Source: an uncultured bacterium | Lineage (GTDB): Bacteria; Chloroflexota; UBA5177; JANWHV01 | Length of the DNA stretch: 64,000 nucleotides | Reading direction: 5' to 3' | Assembly: GCA_963827235.1 (NCBI GenBank) | Contig: CAWHAE010000012.1 | Location: 128,001-192,000, forward strand | Shown here: piece by piece, positions 1 to 10,005 of the stretch | How the letters are laid out: each line of letters begins with the position of its first letter | How positions within the stretch are numbered: the first letter of the stretch is position 1 | Translations under genes and position numbers: made by a program | Notes under the pieces: generated by a model | What the model was told of the DNA's origin: nothing | Databases searched by the model: none | Seen by the model: only the letters and a program-made list of their open reading frames with translations

Positions 1-2194
1 CTACGTCGACGCCGCGCAGACACTGCGCCAGCAAGCGGAGGACACGGGTCAGGCGCAGGCCCAGACGGCGGCCCGGCAGATAGATGCTGCACTTCGCACC
101 GCCTCGACGGTGGTCGGGGAGACGAAGGCCACTCTGGAAGTGCTCGGCGACGCTCCCTACGCGCAGCAGGTGGCTTACGTGCGCCACATCTTGGCGATCA
201 CGCCGCGCACCGACGCATATGACCTCTGGGCCTACTATGAGGCGCGGTCCTACAAGGACAAGGCAAGCCAGATCTGGATCACCCGAGCCAGCTGGCCAAA
301 CCTGATTTATGTCGACTACGACTTTCATACCTCGCCCCTGGGGGCGTGGTATGTGGCGCCCAAGCGGGCCGGTCGTCTGGTGTTTACGCCGCCGTATTAC
401 GGCCCGGTCGCCAAGGAAACACTGGTGTCCATCTCGGCACCGATGCGCGCCGGATCGAAGTATCTGGGTACCGTGGGCAGCGACATAGAGGTGAGCACGC
501 TATCTCGTATCGCCGCCGGGCTGCATTTCGGCGACGGCAACAACGGCAGCTATGCCTTTATCTTCGCGGCGCAGGGCTCGCTGGTAGCCTTTCCAGACGC
601 CGGTGCGCTGGTCGGTCCCTCCCACGGCGGCCAGTCGGTGGCAGCGGTCCAGGCTGGGCGCTTCCGCTTGCTGCTGCAGGCGAAAGGTCAGGCGCCGGTC
701 GGCGTGACGCTGCCGGGCGGCGCGGCGGCGCTGGTCTACCACGAGCCCATACCCACTGCCGGGTGGACCCTGGCCTTCGTGGTGCCCGAATCGGCCATCT
801 ATGCACCGCTGGACCGCTTGCACCAGCAGACGATTGCCCTGACCGCTGCCAGCCTGGTCGTGGTCCTGCTGGTGGTCGTCGTGCTCGCGCGCGGCATCGT
901 GCGACCGGTGCGCCGCGTCGAGCAGGCGGCACGCCTGCTGGCCAAGGGCGACTCGCGGGTCGACGACCTGCTCCCGCGCGGGCGGCGCGATGAGATCGGC
1001 CAGCTTGGCGAGGCCTTCCAGCGCATGGTGAGCTACCAGCGCGAGTATGTGCGGGTCTCCGAGGTGCTCAGGATCAGCGAGCAGCGCCTGCACGCCGTAA
1101 TTGCCCATGCCCCGATTCTGCTCTTTGCCGTCGATCGGCGGGGTATCTTCACCCTGGTGGAGACCGGCCTGCAGGTGCCGGAGGAATTCCCCTTGCCGCG
1201 GCCCGGCGAGGTCGTCGCCGGCTCATGGCTGGCCGGCGAGCCCGAAATCCTCGCCCTGCTCGAGCGCGCGAGGACGAGCGCCGCCTTTGCCACGTATCTG
1301 GAGCTGAACGGGCGGGTGTTCGAGATCTGGTGGTTCCCCGAGCTCGATCAGGCCGGTTGTGTCGACGGAGGCACGGGCGTGGCGGTCGACGTGACGGCTT
1401 CGTTCAAGGCGCAGGAGCAGGCCGAGGCGGCGCGCAAGGCGGCAGAAGAGCTGGCACAGCTACGTAGTGACTTCGTGGCCACGGTTAGTCACGAGCTGCG
1501 TACTCCGCTCACCTCTATCGTCGGCTACGGCGAGATGCTGCAGTCACAGTGGAACGTGCTGAGCGACGAGAAGCGGCAGGACTGGCTGGCGCGCATCGTG
1601 CTCTCGGCCAATCGCCAGCACAAATTGGTCAATGATCTGCTTCTGCTCTCGCGCTTGGAAAACGAGTTCATTGAGGTCAGTCCGATGGCTGCCAACGTCG
1701 CGATTGCGGTCTCGCGTGCCGTCGACGAGATTCGCGGCGCCTACGCGGGCCAGAACATAGACGCCGACGGTCCGGCCGACCTGCTCGCGCAGGTGGACCT
1801 GGCCCGCACGATCCAGATCCTGGCCAACCTGCTGGACAACGCGGCCAAGTATTCGCCGGTTGGCAGCACGATCCACGTGTCCTGGCAGCAGGAGGGCGAC
1901 CGGGTGTGCGTGCGCGTGCGCGACGCCGGGCCGGGCGTGCCAGCAGAAGGGCGGGGCCAGCTCTTCACGCGCTTCGGGCGGCTCCCCGGCAGCAGCATGC
2001 GGGGCGGCCACGTCGGCACCGGTCTGGGCCTCTATCTCGGCAGGCTGTGGGCGCAGGCGATGGGCGGCGACCTCGACCTCGAGGAAACCGGCCCGGCAGG
2101 CAGCGTCTTCCTGCTCCGCCTCTTGCCCGTGCCGGATTCACAGGCGCGGCCGGCCGTCGCACCGCCCGAGCAGGACGAACGCGCGGCATCGTAA
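1..2194 (+). CDS. Membrane sensor histidine kinase (Cache-like periplasmic region, TM, HAMP, PAS-like, HisKA, HATPase); N-terminus lies before the window
   Basis: Frame is open from base 2; H-box SHELRTPLTSI, N-box NLLDNAAKYS, G1 DAGPG, G2 GTGLGL; HAMP RRDEIGQLGEAF after a TM helix. Confidence 0.92.
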   Translation, partial: YVDAAQTLRQQAEDTGQAQAQTAARQIDAALRTASTVVGETKATLEVLGDAPYAQQVAYVRHILAITPRTDAYDLWAYYEARSYKDKASQIWITRASWPNLIYVDYDFHTSPLGAWYVAPKRAGRLVFTPPYYGPVAKETLVSISAPMRAGSKYLGTVGSDIEVSTLSRIAAGLHFGDGNNGSYAFIFAAQGSLVAFPDAGALVGPSHGGQSVAAVQAGRFRLLLQAKGQAPVGVTLPGGAAALVYHEPIPTAGWTLAFVVPESAIYAPLDRLHQQTIALTAASLVVVLLVVVVLARGIVRPVRRVEQAARLLAKGDSRVDDLLPRGRRDEIGQLGEAFQRMVSYQREYVRVSEVLRISEQRLHAVIAHAPILLFAVDRRGIFTLVETGLQVPEEFPLPRPGEVVAGSWLAGEPEILALLERARTSAAFATYLELNGRVFEIWWFPELDQAGCVDGGTGVAVDVTASFKAQEQAEAARKAAEELAQLRSDFVATVSHELRTPLTSIVGYGEMLQSQWNVLSDEKRQDWLARIVLSANRQHKLVNDLLLLSRLENEFIEVSPMAANVAIAVSRAVDEIRGAYAGQNIDADGPADLLAQVDLARTIQILANLLDNAAKYSPVGSTIHVSWQQEGDRVCVRVRDAGPGVPAEGRGQLFTRFGRLPGSSMRGGHVGTGLGLYLGRLWAQAMGGDLDLEETGPAGSVFLLRLLPVPDSQARPAVAPPEQDERAAS

Positions 2195-2252
2195 GCGCCG
2201 GCGACATGTGCCATACCCGGCCTCTTGCGCCGCCGAGCACTGTCGCATCATG

Positions 2253-4433
2253 TCAGGCGACGTGGTTGCCGGCGGCAGCCGGCGCCGTGTTCTCATGCTC
2301 GGCGGCCCGGGCCGCGCTCCCCGGCCAGGTGAGATACCGGCCGAGCACGATGGTCGCACCTGGTACCAGCATGGCCCGCACCACGAGGGTGTCGAGCAGC
2401 ACGCCCAGCGCCACGCCGAGGCCGACCTCGAGCGTCTCTCGCAACGGCTCCACGGCCAGCACGCCGAACGTACCTGCCAGAATGATCCCGGCGCTCGTGA
2501 TCACCCCGCCGGTTGCGGTTACGGCGCGGCCGACGGCCTCCGGCAGAGGCGCGGATCGCGCTTCCTCCTTGACACGGCTCAGCAAGAAGATGTTGTAGTC
2601 GGCTCCCAGGGCGCTGAGGAACACGAACAGATCGAGCGGGAACTGGAAGCTCACGCTGGGGCTGCCCAGTAGCGTGCGATTGATCAGTATGAGCAGGCCG
2701 AAGGCCGCGAAGAAGCCGAGCGCGTTGATGAGAAGCAGGTAGATCGGCGCCACCGCCGACCATAGCAGTAGACCCAGAACGAGGGCGATGAGCACCAGTA
2801 CGATGGGGACTATCACCACGGTGTCGCGCTCTGCCGCGGCCTTGAGATCGTAGGACGTGGCCGTCTCACCGCCCACCAGGGCCGTGCCGCCGAAGGGAGC
2901 AAGCGCCTGTCGCGCCAGCACGCGGATAGCCGGGATGCGCTCGATGGTGTGGAGATCGTAGGGGTCGGCGGCGAACGTCAGGTCGAGGAGCACCGTGCGC
3001 CCATCGCTCGAGCGCGTTGCCGGGTGCACGGAGGCGACCCCGGGCGCGCTCGCCAGGGACGTTGTGGCGGCGACGATGTCCTGTGCGGAGAGCGGCTGCG
3101 CACCCGAGTGCAGCACGACCTGGGCCGGTGCCAGCGACCCGGCTCCGAATGCGCCGCGCAGCATGTCGAAGCCCTGAGCCGACGGGGTAGGACGCAAGTA
3201 GCTCTGCAGGAAGTCGAAACGCTCCTGGTAGCCGAGCACGCCGGCAGCCAGCGCGCCGAGCACCATGGTCGAGGCAGCTACGGCCACCACGGGCCGGGTC
3301 ACCACGAAGCGCGCGATGCCGCCCCAGAAGGTGGAGGGCGCCGGCTCGGCCTGCCCGACCCGCGGCACGGCCGGCCAGAACGCGGGCCGCCCCATCACGA
3401 GGAGGAGGGCGGGGATCAGGGTCAAGCCCGCCAGGAGGACGGTCGCGATGCTGGTGGCCAGCGCCACGCCCAAGTCATGGTAGGTTCCGTAGCGGGCCAG
3501 CAGCAGCGTGAGCATGGCCAGGAAGACGACACCGCCGCTCGCCAACACCGATTCTGCCACGGAGCCCAGGGCAGTGCGCATGGCGTCGGCCGGCTCGTGC
3601 TGCCTGCGCAGCGCGGACCGGTAGCGGGAGACGATGAACAGCGTGTAGTCCGTTCCGGCACCGAACATCAGCACCGTGACCAGTGCCGTCGCCTCGCCGT
3701 TGAGAGCAACGCCTGCCACGTGCTCACCGACCGTCAGCAACGCGCTGGCGATGCCGAAGGCCCAGCCGACCGCGACGATCGGAGTCAGCGCCAGCAGCGG
3801 GGCTCGATAGACGATGCCGAGCAGGAGCAGGACGAGGGCGATCGTGGTCAGCAGGAGCGGCGCGTTGCCTTGGCTGAATACCTTCGCCGCATCGGCCACG
3901 ATCCCCGCCGGCCCGGTCACCCGGATGGCAAGGGTGCCGGACCCGTTCCCAGCCTTGCGGGTTATGGCGTTGACCGCGGAGGTAGGATCCTGCGCGTCGA
4001 TCGTGGCCTGCACGATCAGCGTCGAGCCGTCGCGCGAGATCAGGCCCGCCCCGGCCGCGCCGCCCGTGAAGGGGTCGCGCACGGACGTCACCACTCGCGG
4101 CGCCGCCGGCGAGCGGAGCCAGGCGGCGAGGTTCCGCGCCTGCGCGCGATCCCCGGCGATGAGGCCGCCAGGCCGCTGATAGACCACGAGCGCTGCCGAG
4201 CCGTGCAGTCCGGGAAACGCTTGCTGGATGAGCACGTCGGCATGGTGGGCTTCTGAGGACGCGGGAAGATCGCTGCCGGTCCTGGATGGCGCCGGAAAGC
4301 TGATGGCAGCCACGTTGGCGCCGATCGCCACCACGAGCCACAAGAGGATAATCAGCCACGCGCCGCGCTTGCTGGCCACGCGGTCGGTGAGAGAGTGTAA
4401 GAACGGGACGTTCGAGCCGGGGGTCGCTGCCAT
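2253..4433 (-). CDS. MMPL-family (RND superfamily) transporter
   Basis: Two repeats of TM blocks with GAGTDY and GADYNIFL motifs, plus TGGVITSAG. Confidence 0.93.
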   Translation of the reverse strand: MAATPGSNVPFLHSLTDRVASKRGAWLIILLWLVVAIGANVAAISFPAPSRTGSDLPASSEAHHADVLIQQAFPGLHGSAALVVYQRPGGLIAGDRAQARNLAAWLRSPAAPRVVTSVRDPFTGGAAGAGLISRDGSTLIVQATIDAQDPTSAVNAITRKAGNGSGTLAIRVTGPAGIVADAAKVFSQGNAPLLLTTIALVLLLLGIVYRAPLLALTPIVAVGWAFGIASALLTVGEHVAGVALNGEATALVTVLMFGAGTDYTLFIVSRYRSALRRQHEPADAMRTALGSVAESVLASGGVVFLAMLTLLLARYGTYHDLGVALATSIATVLLAGLTLIPALLLVMGRPAFWPAVPRVGQAEPAPSTFWGGIARFVVTRPVVAVAASTMVLGALAAGVLGYQERFDFLQSYLRPTPSAQGFDMLRGAFGAGSLAPAQVVLHSGAQPLSAQDIVAATTSLASAPGVASVHPATRSSDGRTVLLDLTFAADPYDLHTIERIPAIRVLARQALAPFGGTALVGGETATSYDLKAAAERDTVVIVPIVLVLIALVLGLLLWSAVAPIYLLLINALGFFAAFGLLILINRTLLGSPSVSFQFPLDLFVFLSALGADYNIFLLSRVKEEARSAPLPEAVGRAVTATGGVITSAGIILAGTFGVLAVEPLRETLEVGLGVALGVLLDTLVVRAMLVPGATIVLGRYLTWPGSAARAAEHENTAPAAAGNHVA

Positions 4434-4525
4434 TGCTTCACGAATCCTTACGTCGCTGTCGTTCTGGCCGGCTTGCCGCCGGCTTCCGTCGATCGCCGTG
4501 TCACCGGGCCAGGGCCCGGCATGAT

Positions 4526-4550
4526 GTAACTTTACGGTTGGTTAGTTAAC
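4526..4550. promoter_or_regulatory. Putative TetR operator upstream of the MMPL gene
   Basis: AT-rich imperfect palindrome TAACTTTACGGTTGGTTAGTTAA; similar word upstream of tetR at 5274-5296. Confidence 0.55.
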
Positions 4551-4592
4551 GAGACATGCTGCGGTGCCTGGGCAATGCTGATCGCTTGAGTG

Positions 4593-5270
4593 CTATTCCT
4601 CCGTCTGGCGCGATGCGGGTCCCCGGTCGGCCGGGATCGGCAGCGCTGCCGCGCCGTGCAGAAAGAGGTCCAGAATGAGGCCGGCTATATCGGGGCGGTC
4701 CCGGAATCCTGACTCCCTACCAACTCGGCCGCTGAATGCCACCAGCATGTGCGTAAAAGCGTGCGCCAGCAGGCGCGGCTCGCCGCGCAACAGGCCCGAC
4801 TCGACCCCTTCGCGCATCAGCGCCTCCGGCGGCTCCTCCAGAGCCCGATGCGCCTGCAGAATCTGCCCGCGCTGATCCGGGGTCAGATGCTGGTAGACGT
4901 CGCGCATCATGGCGTCCATGTCCGCGTCGGCCGGTATGCCGGTGGTAGCGCGGGCCAGCTGCAGCAGGCGGTCTGGCAGTGCGTGCGGCGAGGCGGCGAT
5001 GCCCCGCATGGCGGCCGCGATCCGTTCGAGCAGATCGCAGAGCATGGCGGTGTAGAGCGCGTCCTTGGTAGGGAAGTGATGGTAGATTGCCGCCTTGGAG
5101 ACGCCGACGGCATCGGCGATGTCGCCTACGGATACGGCGGCGTAGCCGCGCTTGGCGAACAGCGCGCCCGCGTGCCGCAGGATCTCGGCTCGCCGCTCGC
5201 CCTCCGGTACCTCCTCGAGCGGCGGCCGCCCCATCCGTCGCCCGCTGCTCAATCTCGCCGACCCCTTCAT
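4593..5270 (-). CDS. TetR/AcrR family transcriptional regulator
   Basis: HTH LFAKRGYAAVSVGDIADAVGVSKAAIYHHFPTKDALY; directly upstream of the MMPL gene. Confidence 0.93.
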   Translation of the reverse strand: MKGSARLSSGRRMGRPPLEEVPEGERRAEILRHAGALFAKRGYAAVSVGDIADAVGVSKAAIYHHFPTKDALYTAMLCDLLERIAAAMRGIAASPHALPDRLLQLARATTGIPADADMDAMMRDVYQHLTPDQRGQILQAHRALEEPPEALMREGVESGLLRGEPRLLAHAFTHMLVAFSGRVGRESGFRDRPDIAGLILDLFLHGAAALPIPADRGPASRQTEE

Positions 5271-5273
5271 CAA

Positions 5274-5296
5274 TAACTTACCGTACGATTAGATAA
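5274..5296. promoter_or_regulatory. Putative TetR autoregulatory operator
   Basis: TAACTTACCGTACGATTAGATAA abuts the tetR start and resembles the 4527-4549 motif. Confidence 0.5.
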
Positions 5297-5591
5297 TAGC
5301 TGGCCGAATAGAGCTCGTCAATACAGGCCGGGTGGGGGCACGACGGTGTCCAGTTACGGCAACATGGCAGGATGGCGCGAGCGGGGGACGGCAACCTCCA
5401 TCCGTGTCCGGCGAGAATGGGAGACCATCGCTCGACGCGCCGTGGTCCCTCAGGCGGGAGGCTTCGGGACGGCGCGCGCCCCGTACCGTTCATGTGTGTG
5501 TAGCATGGACATCCCATCGCCGAGCAGGAGAGTATGACGCGGTACGCCGGACGGCCCGGCGAGCGCAACCCCCGTTCCGGACTCCTGCTTC

Positions 5592-5927
5592 TCAGTTGCC
5601 GGGAGGAGTCTTCGCCGCTTCGAACTGCTCCCGCGAGATGAGCGTGCACCCTTCGGCGCGCGAGCTGGCGGCCCGATTCGCAGAGTCGAGAACGACATGC
5701 AGGTACATCAGGTTCTGGCACGCCGATCCCAGTATCTCCTTGTGCAGGGTGCGTACCCCGTGCTCCGATCCGTCGGGATACTCCAGAGAGGCATCGGTTT
5801 GCGGGGCGGCTCGCACGTGAAGCCTCTCGCCGCATTTCGCGCACTGCACGTAGAAATGCAGGGCGCTCCGATCGCCCCTGCTATCGGCTGGCCGCTTGCC
5901 ACCGAACCACCGCGAGAAGAAACCCAT
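5592..5927 (-). CDS. Small hypothetical protein with CxxC (possible Zn-binding)
   Basis: RBS-like GAGGGGG before ATG; MGFFSRWFGG start, VQCAKCGE motif and further Cys residues. Confidence 0.7.
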   Translation of the reverse strand: MGFFSRWFGGKRPADSRGDRSALHFYVQCAKCGERLHVRAAPQTDASLEYPDGSEHGVRTLHKEILGSACQNLMYLHVVLDSANRAASSRAEGCTLISREQFEAAKTPPGN

Positions 5928-6283
5928 GAGACACCCCCTCCGCCGCTACGAGTGCGGACATCTACGAGTGTAGCGCTTTGTCGTGACGGACAGGCTCGAG
6001 GCGGCGTGCCCGGCTCCGGCATCGCCCCGGGCCTTGCCCACGATCGGCGATTCGGGTTGCGCCTCGCGGGCTATCGATCCGGCGCGCTGTGCAGCAAGGC
6101 ACGCACCCGCGGTGCCGCGGCGCTTGACATCGCCTGCCGCGATGCTAAATGCTTGCTACGTGGTCTATCCGGCATTCTCCCTGCGAGTGGAGGGCTGACC
6201 CCGGCGGCCCGTTGGCGGTCGCGGCGAGGACTGTCGGCAACGCGTGTGCCTCCCTGAGAGGACGTGAAAGGCGGCCATTGACG

Positions 6284-7384
6284 ATGCACACTGACACGGT
6301 TTGGGCGTATGTCGGCACCTATACCACCACGATGCCATTCGTTCAGGGCAAGGCAACCGGGATCACGGTATGCCGCCTGGATAGTGCAAAGGGCACCCTG
6401 ACCCCGGTGCATACGGTGACCGGGGTCACCAATCCGTCGTACCTCACAGTCGATCCGACGCGCCGGTACCTCTACTGCGTTGAGGAATACGCCGTCGCCG
6501 TGCGGGAGGTCGGCGACGTGTCCGCGTTCCGTATCGATCTGGCTACCGGTAATCTGACGCATCTCAATCGGCAGCCTTCGTGTGGCGCCGAGCCGGCGCA
6601 TATCAGCACCGACCGCCAAGGCCGCTGGGTCCTGGTAGCCAATTATCGCAGCGGCAGGATCGCCGTGCTGCCGGCACAGGCCGGCGGCAAGCTCGGTCCG
6701 GCCGCTGACGTCGTGCAGCACGAGGGTCATAGCGTCAATGCCGAGCGCCAGAGCGGACCGCACGCGCACTGGATCTGCCCGGATCCGGCAAACCGCTTCA
6801 TCCTGGTGTCGGATCTGGGTCTCGACAACCTCCTGACCTACCGGCTGGACCACGAAACGGGAAAGCTCCGGCGCGTAGCCGGCAACGGCGGCGCGGTGCC
6901 GCCGGGATCGGGTCCCCGCCATGCCGTGTTTCGTCCGGATGGGCGCTTCGTCTATCTGGTGAACGAGCTCGACTCCACCATCATCACCTTTGAGTACGAT
7001 TCCTCCGAAGGCAAGCTGGACCTGCTTCAGCACCTCTCCACGCTGCCCGACTGGCACTCCGGGGAGAGCTCCATCGCGGCAGTGCGCGTGGCGCCCAGCG
7101 GGCGATTCGTGTACGCGTCCAACCGCGGCCACGACACGATCGGCATCTTTGCCAGCGACCCCGCCTCCGGCCGGCTCGAGTGCGTCGGCTTCCAGTCGAC
7201 CCAGGGATCGACGCCGCGCGACTTCAATATCGACCCCACGGGAACCTTTCTCTTCGCGGCGAATCAGAACAGCAATACGATCGTGGCGTTCCACATCGAC
7301 CAGCAGACGGGTAAGCTGGCGCCTACAGGTCGGGTAACGGCGGTCGACACGCCGGTCTGCATCGAGTTCTGCCCGGCCGGTTGA
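6284..7384 (+). CDS. Lactonase family protein (6-phosphogluconolactonase/Pgl-like beta-propeller)
   Basis: YVGTYT start, NPSYL, ANY, PHAH, DLGLD, GPRH, YASNRGHD, PRDF motifs; start reassigned to ATG 6284. Confidence 0.92.
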   Translation: MHTDTVWAYVGTYTTTMPFVQGKATGITVCRLDSAKGTLTPVHTVTGVTNPSYLTVDPTRRYLYCVEEYAVAVREVGDVSAFRIDLATGNLTHLNRQPSCGAEPAHISTDRQGRWVLVANYRSGRIAVLPAQAGGKLGPAADVVQHEGHSVNAERQSGPHAHWICPDPANRFILVSDLGLDNLLTYRLDHETGKLRRVAGNGGAVPPGSGPRHAVFRPDGRFVYLVNELDSTIITFEYDSSEGKLDLLQHLSTLPDWHSGESSIAAVRVAPSGRFVYASNRGHDTIGIFASDPASGRLECVGFQSTQGSTPRDFNIDPTGTFLFAANQNSNTIVAFHIDQQTGKLAPTGRVTAVDTPVCIEFCPAG

Positions 7385-7466
7385 TCGCGCGGCACGCGAG
7401 CCCTATGCCCGATCCACACCCTCGTCATGGCTCGGCCAGGACTCAAGGCAAGCACACAACCCCGCC

Positions 7467-8726
7467 CTAGCTGAGCGGCCCGCTGTTCTGCTCCCAGGCG
7501 CGGAAGGCGATCACGGCGTTCTGCCCGCCGAAGCCGAAAGCATTGGCCAGGGCAGCCCTCACCGGCCGGTGCCGTGCGACGAGCGGGACATAGTCGAGAT
7601 CGCACGCCGGATCGGCGGTCTCCAGGTTAATCGTGGGCGGGATCACGCCGGTAGCGATGGCGAGCACGGCGCATATGGCGGAGAGGGCCCCGGCAGCGCC
7701 GAAGGTGTGGCCCAGCATGGACTTGTTGGCGCTGATCGCCACCCGGTCGGCCGCGTCGCCCAGTGCCGCCCGAATCGCGTGCGTCTCCGCCACGTCGCCT
7801 GCCGCGGTTGCCGTGGCGTGCGCGGCGATGTAGGCTACCTCATCCGGCGCCAGGCGCGCCTCGCGCAGCGCCTTCCGCATGGCGATCGCCACCTGCTCGC
7901 CGCCCGGCAGGGGATCGGTGATGTGGTGGGCGTCGCAGGTCACCCCGGCCCCGGCCACCTCGCACAGGATGCGAGCCCCCCTGCGCACGGCGTGGACGGC
8001 ATCTTCCAGCACCAATACAGCCGCGCCCTCGCTCAATACGAAGCCGTCGCGATTCAGGTCGAACGGGCGTGAGGCTCGCGCGGGCTCGTCGTTCCGCCTG
8101 GAGAGACCATGCATGTTGGCCAGGCTGGCGACCGATAGGGGATTCACGCACGAGTCGGTGCCGCCTGCCAGCACCGCGTGCACGTCACCGCGCTGCAGCA
8201 TGCGAAACGCGTCGTGTACGGCAAGGGCGCCCGCGGCGCAGGCTCCCGTGGCGCTGAACACGGGCCCGTGAATGCCCAGGCAAATGGCCGGCTGCGTGGC
8301 AGCCATGTTCGGCGCCAGCGCCGGGACCAGAAGCGGGCTGACGCGCTCGGGTCCCTTCTCCAGGCGCACGTGTTCCTCGGCCAGCAGCCGGCTGATGCCG
8401 CCCACGGCGGTGTTGATCGCGATGCCGATCTCGCCGTCGGTCTCCGGTGTGATCGGCAGACCCGCCTCGTCCACGGCCATGCGCGACGCGGCAACGGCGA
8501 ACTGAGCGAAGCGCTCCATCCGGCGGGCCTGCTTTGTCTCCATGTAGCTCGCCGGCTCGAAATCGAGCACCTCGCCGGCGATCTGGACGGGCAGGCCGGT
8601 ACAGTCGAAGCGGGAAATCGGCCGTACGCCGGACACGCCATCAGTCAGGTGCTCCCAGAATTGACGCACTGTCGAGCCGATCGGCGTGACGACTCCCAGT
8701 CCGGTGACCACGATACGTGCAGGCAA
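7467..8726 (-). CDS. fabF: Beta-ketoacyl-ACP synthase II
   Basis: RIVVTGLG start, Cys-His-His triad (GACAAG, AHATAT, GHTFGAAG), NAFGFGGQN; TTG start behind GAAAGGA. Confidence 0.9.
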   Translation of the reverse strand: MPARIVVTGLGVVTPIGSTVRQFWEHLTDGVSGVRPISRFDCTGLPVQIAGEVLDFEPASYMETKQARRMERFAQFAVAASRMAVDEAGLPITPETDGEIGIAINTAVGGISRLLAEEHVRLEKGPERVSPLLVPALAPNMAATQPAICLGIHGPVFSATGACAAGALAVHDAFRMLQRGDVHAVLAGGTDSCVNPLSVASLANMHGLSRRNDEPARASRPFDLNRDGFVLSEGAAVLVLEDAVHAVRRGARILCEVAGAGVTCDAHHITDPLPGGEQVAIAMRKALREARLAPDEVAYIAAHATATAAGDVAETHAIRAALGDAADRVAISANKSMLGHTFGAAGALSAICAVLAIATGVIPPTINLETADPACDLDYVPLVARHRPVRAALANAFGFGGQNAVIAFRAWEQNSGPLS

Positions 8727-8787
8727 TGGTGCGTCCTTTCGCGATGCCCGCGCAGCTCGAGCGGCACGGCACGCTATCGTACCCGCC

Positions 8788-9594
8788 TCAGCACGGAGCC
8801 CGCAAGCTATAGTCCCAAACTTCCGGCTTTGCTGCCAGCAGTGTTGCCAGGAACTGCTCGTCGTCATGGTAGCGTTTGTCGGCAAGCTTCGTGACCACTA
8901 CCGGCACATGCACATGGCCGCGATCGAACGGCCACGGATCCGCAGTGGCCTCGTGCTCGTCGATCTGCCGCACGGCGATCGTCGTCTCGCCATCGATAGT
9001 GGGGATATGGTCGATCTCTCGGCTGACCATGTTGTGCAGCACGAAGAACAATGAGAGCCGATCCCAGGCCCTGAGCCGCAGGTATGCAGGCCAGAGCCGG
9101 TCAGGCTCGACGGCGCCGGCGAATCGAGTGCTCTGTGCTAGCCGGTCGCGCAGCGAGCGCTGCAGAGCCGACTGACCGGCCAGGAATCGCCGTCCTAGGC
9201 CCTGCGACTCCGGCAGCGCTGGCGGTGCCAGAGTACGCGGGTTCCAGCCTTCGACGCCCGCATAGAGCACCGAAGCATGCAGACTCACCAGCAGCCCGCT
9301 GTACGGATCGACCGCTATCGCTGCTTCCACGCCGGCACTATAGAACGCCGCGTGGACTTCCGGCTCCACCTCACCGAGATTCCGCGGCCGGCCAGTTTCC
9401 GGCAGCAGCGTGGGACGCTCCTCCCAGATACGCCAGCCGGCATCGTGCAGGCCTGCCGCGCGGAGAGTCTCTTCCCGGTGCTCGGGTGCCGGGAATCGCC
9501 GGTTGCCCCAACGCTCGGCTATGCGGGCGACCTGTGCCATGTGGTCTGTCTGTCGCACGATCACGAGCTGGTCTTCGATGTGCCGTATGAGCAT
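8788..9594 (-). CDS. DUF3891-like protein
   Basis: MLIR...QTDH...WGN...HDAGW...DPYSGLLVSLH...DRLSL...PWPF pattern. Confidence 0.75.
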   Translation of the reverse strand: MLIRHIEDQLVIVRQTDHMAQVARIAERWGNRRFPAPEHREETLRAAGLHDAGWRIWEERPTLLPETGRPRNLGEVEPEVHAAFYSAGVEAAIAVDPYSGLLVSLHASVLYAGVEGWNPRTLAPPALPESQGLGRRFLAGQSALQRSLRDRLAQSTRFAGAVEPDRLWPAYLRLRAWDRLSLFFVLHNMVSREIDHIPTIDGETTIAVRQIDEHEATADPWPFDRGHVHVPVVVTKLADKRYHDDEQFLATLLAAKPEVWDYSLRAPC

Positions 9595-9735
9595 CTGTAC
9601 CCTGATAAGAATGTGCTCTTCGTGATAGGAATCTGCCTTCCATGATAACAACGTGCTTTCTGAGCGGTGGTTTGTTGGTCTGGCCCGCCCGGGTGCGGAA
9701 CAGTAGTGTCAGGAGAGCAAGCCATGCGACCGCTA

Positions 9736-9780
9736 TCGCGGCCCACGCGATAGGTCGCGGCCCACGCGATAGGTCGCGGC
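9736..9780. repeat. 19-bp tandem duplication (TCGCGGCCCACGCGATAGG x2 plus 7-bp partial copy)
   Basis: Read directly from the sequence; interrupts a hydrophobic reading frame on the minus strand. Confidence 0.9.
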
Positions 9781-10005
9781 TCGGCGTGCAGGACGGCACT
9801 GACGAGCATGACCACCAGGAAGAGGGCCAATCCCTGTAGCCTGGCGGGAGCATCGACTCACGATCAAGGTGTGCTTGTTCCGATATGGTCCGGACTCCGG
9901 TAGCATTCCATATCGATAGGCGAGGACTGCGTCGCAGTCCTTGCGTGCTGGTCATCCCCAAAATCCGGGATGACTCATGACTCACTTCACGTGCGCGGGG
10001 CGTTG

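Noticed and set aside
6124-6151. TTGACA-N16-TAAATG promoter candidate upstream of the lactonase gene
   Set aside because: -35 is perfect but the -10 and spacing are weak
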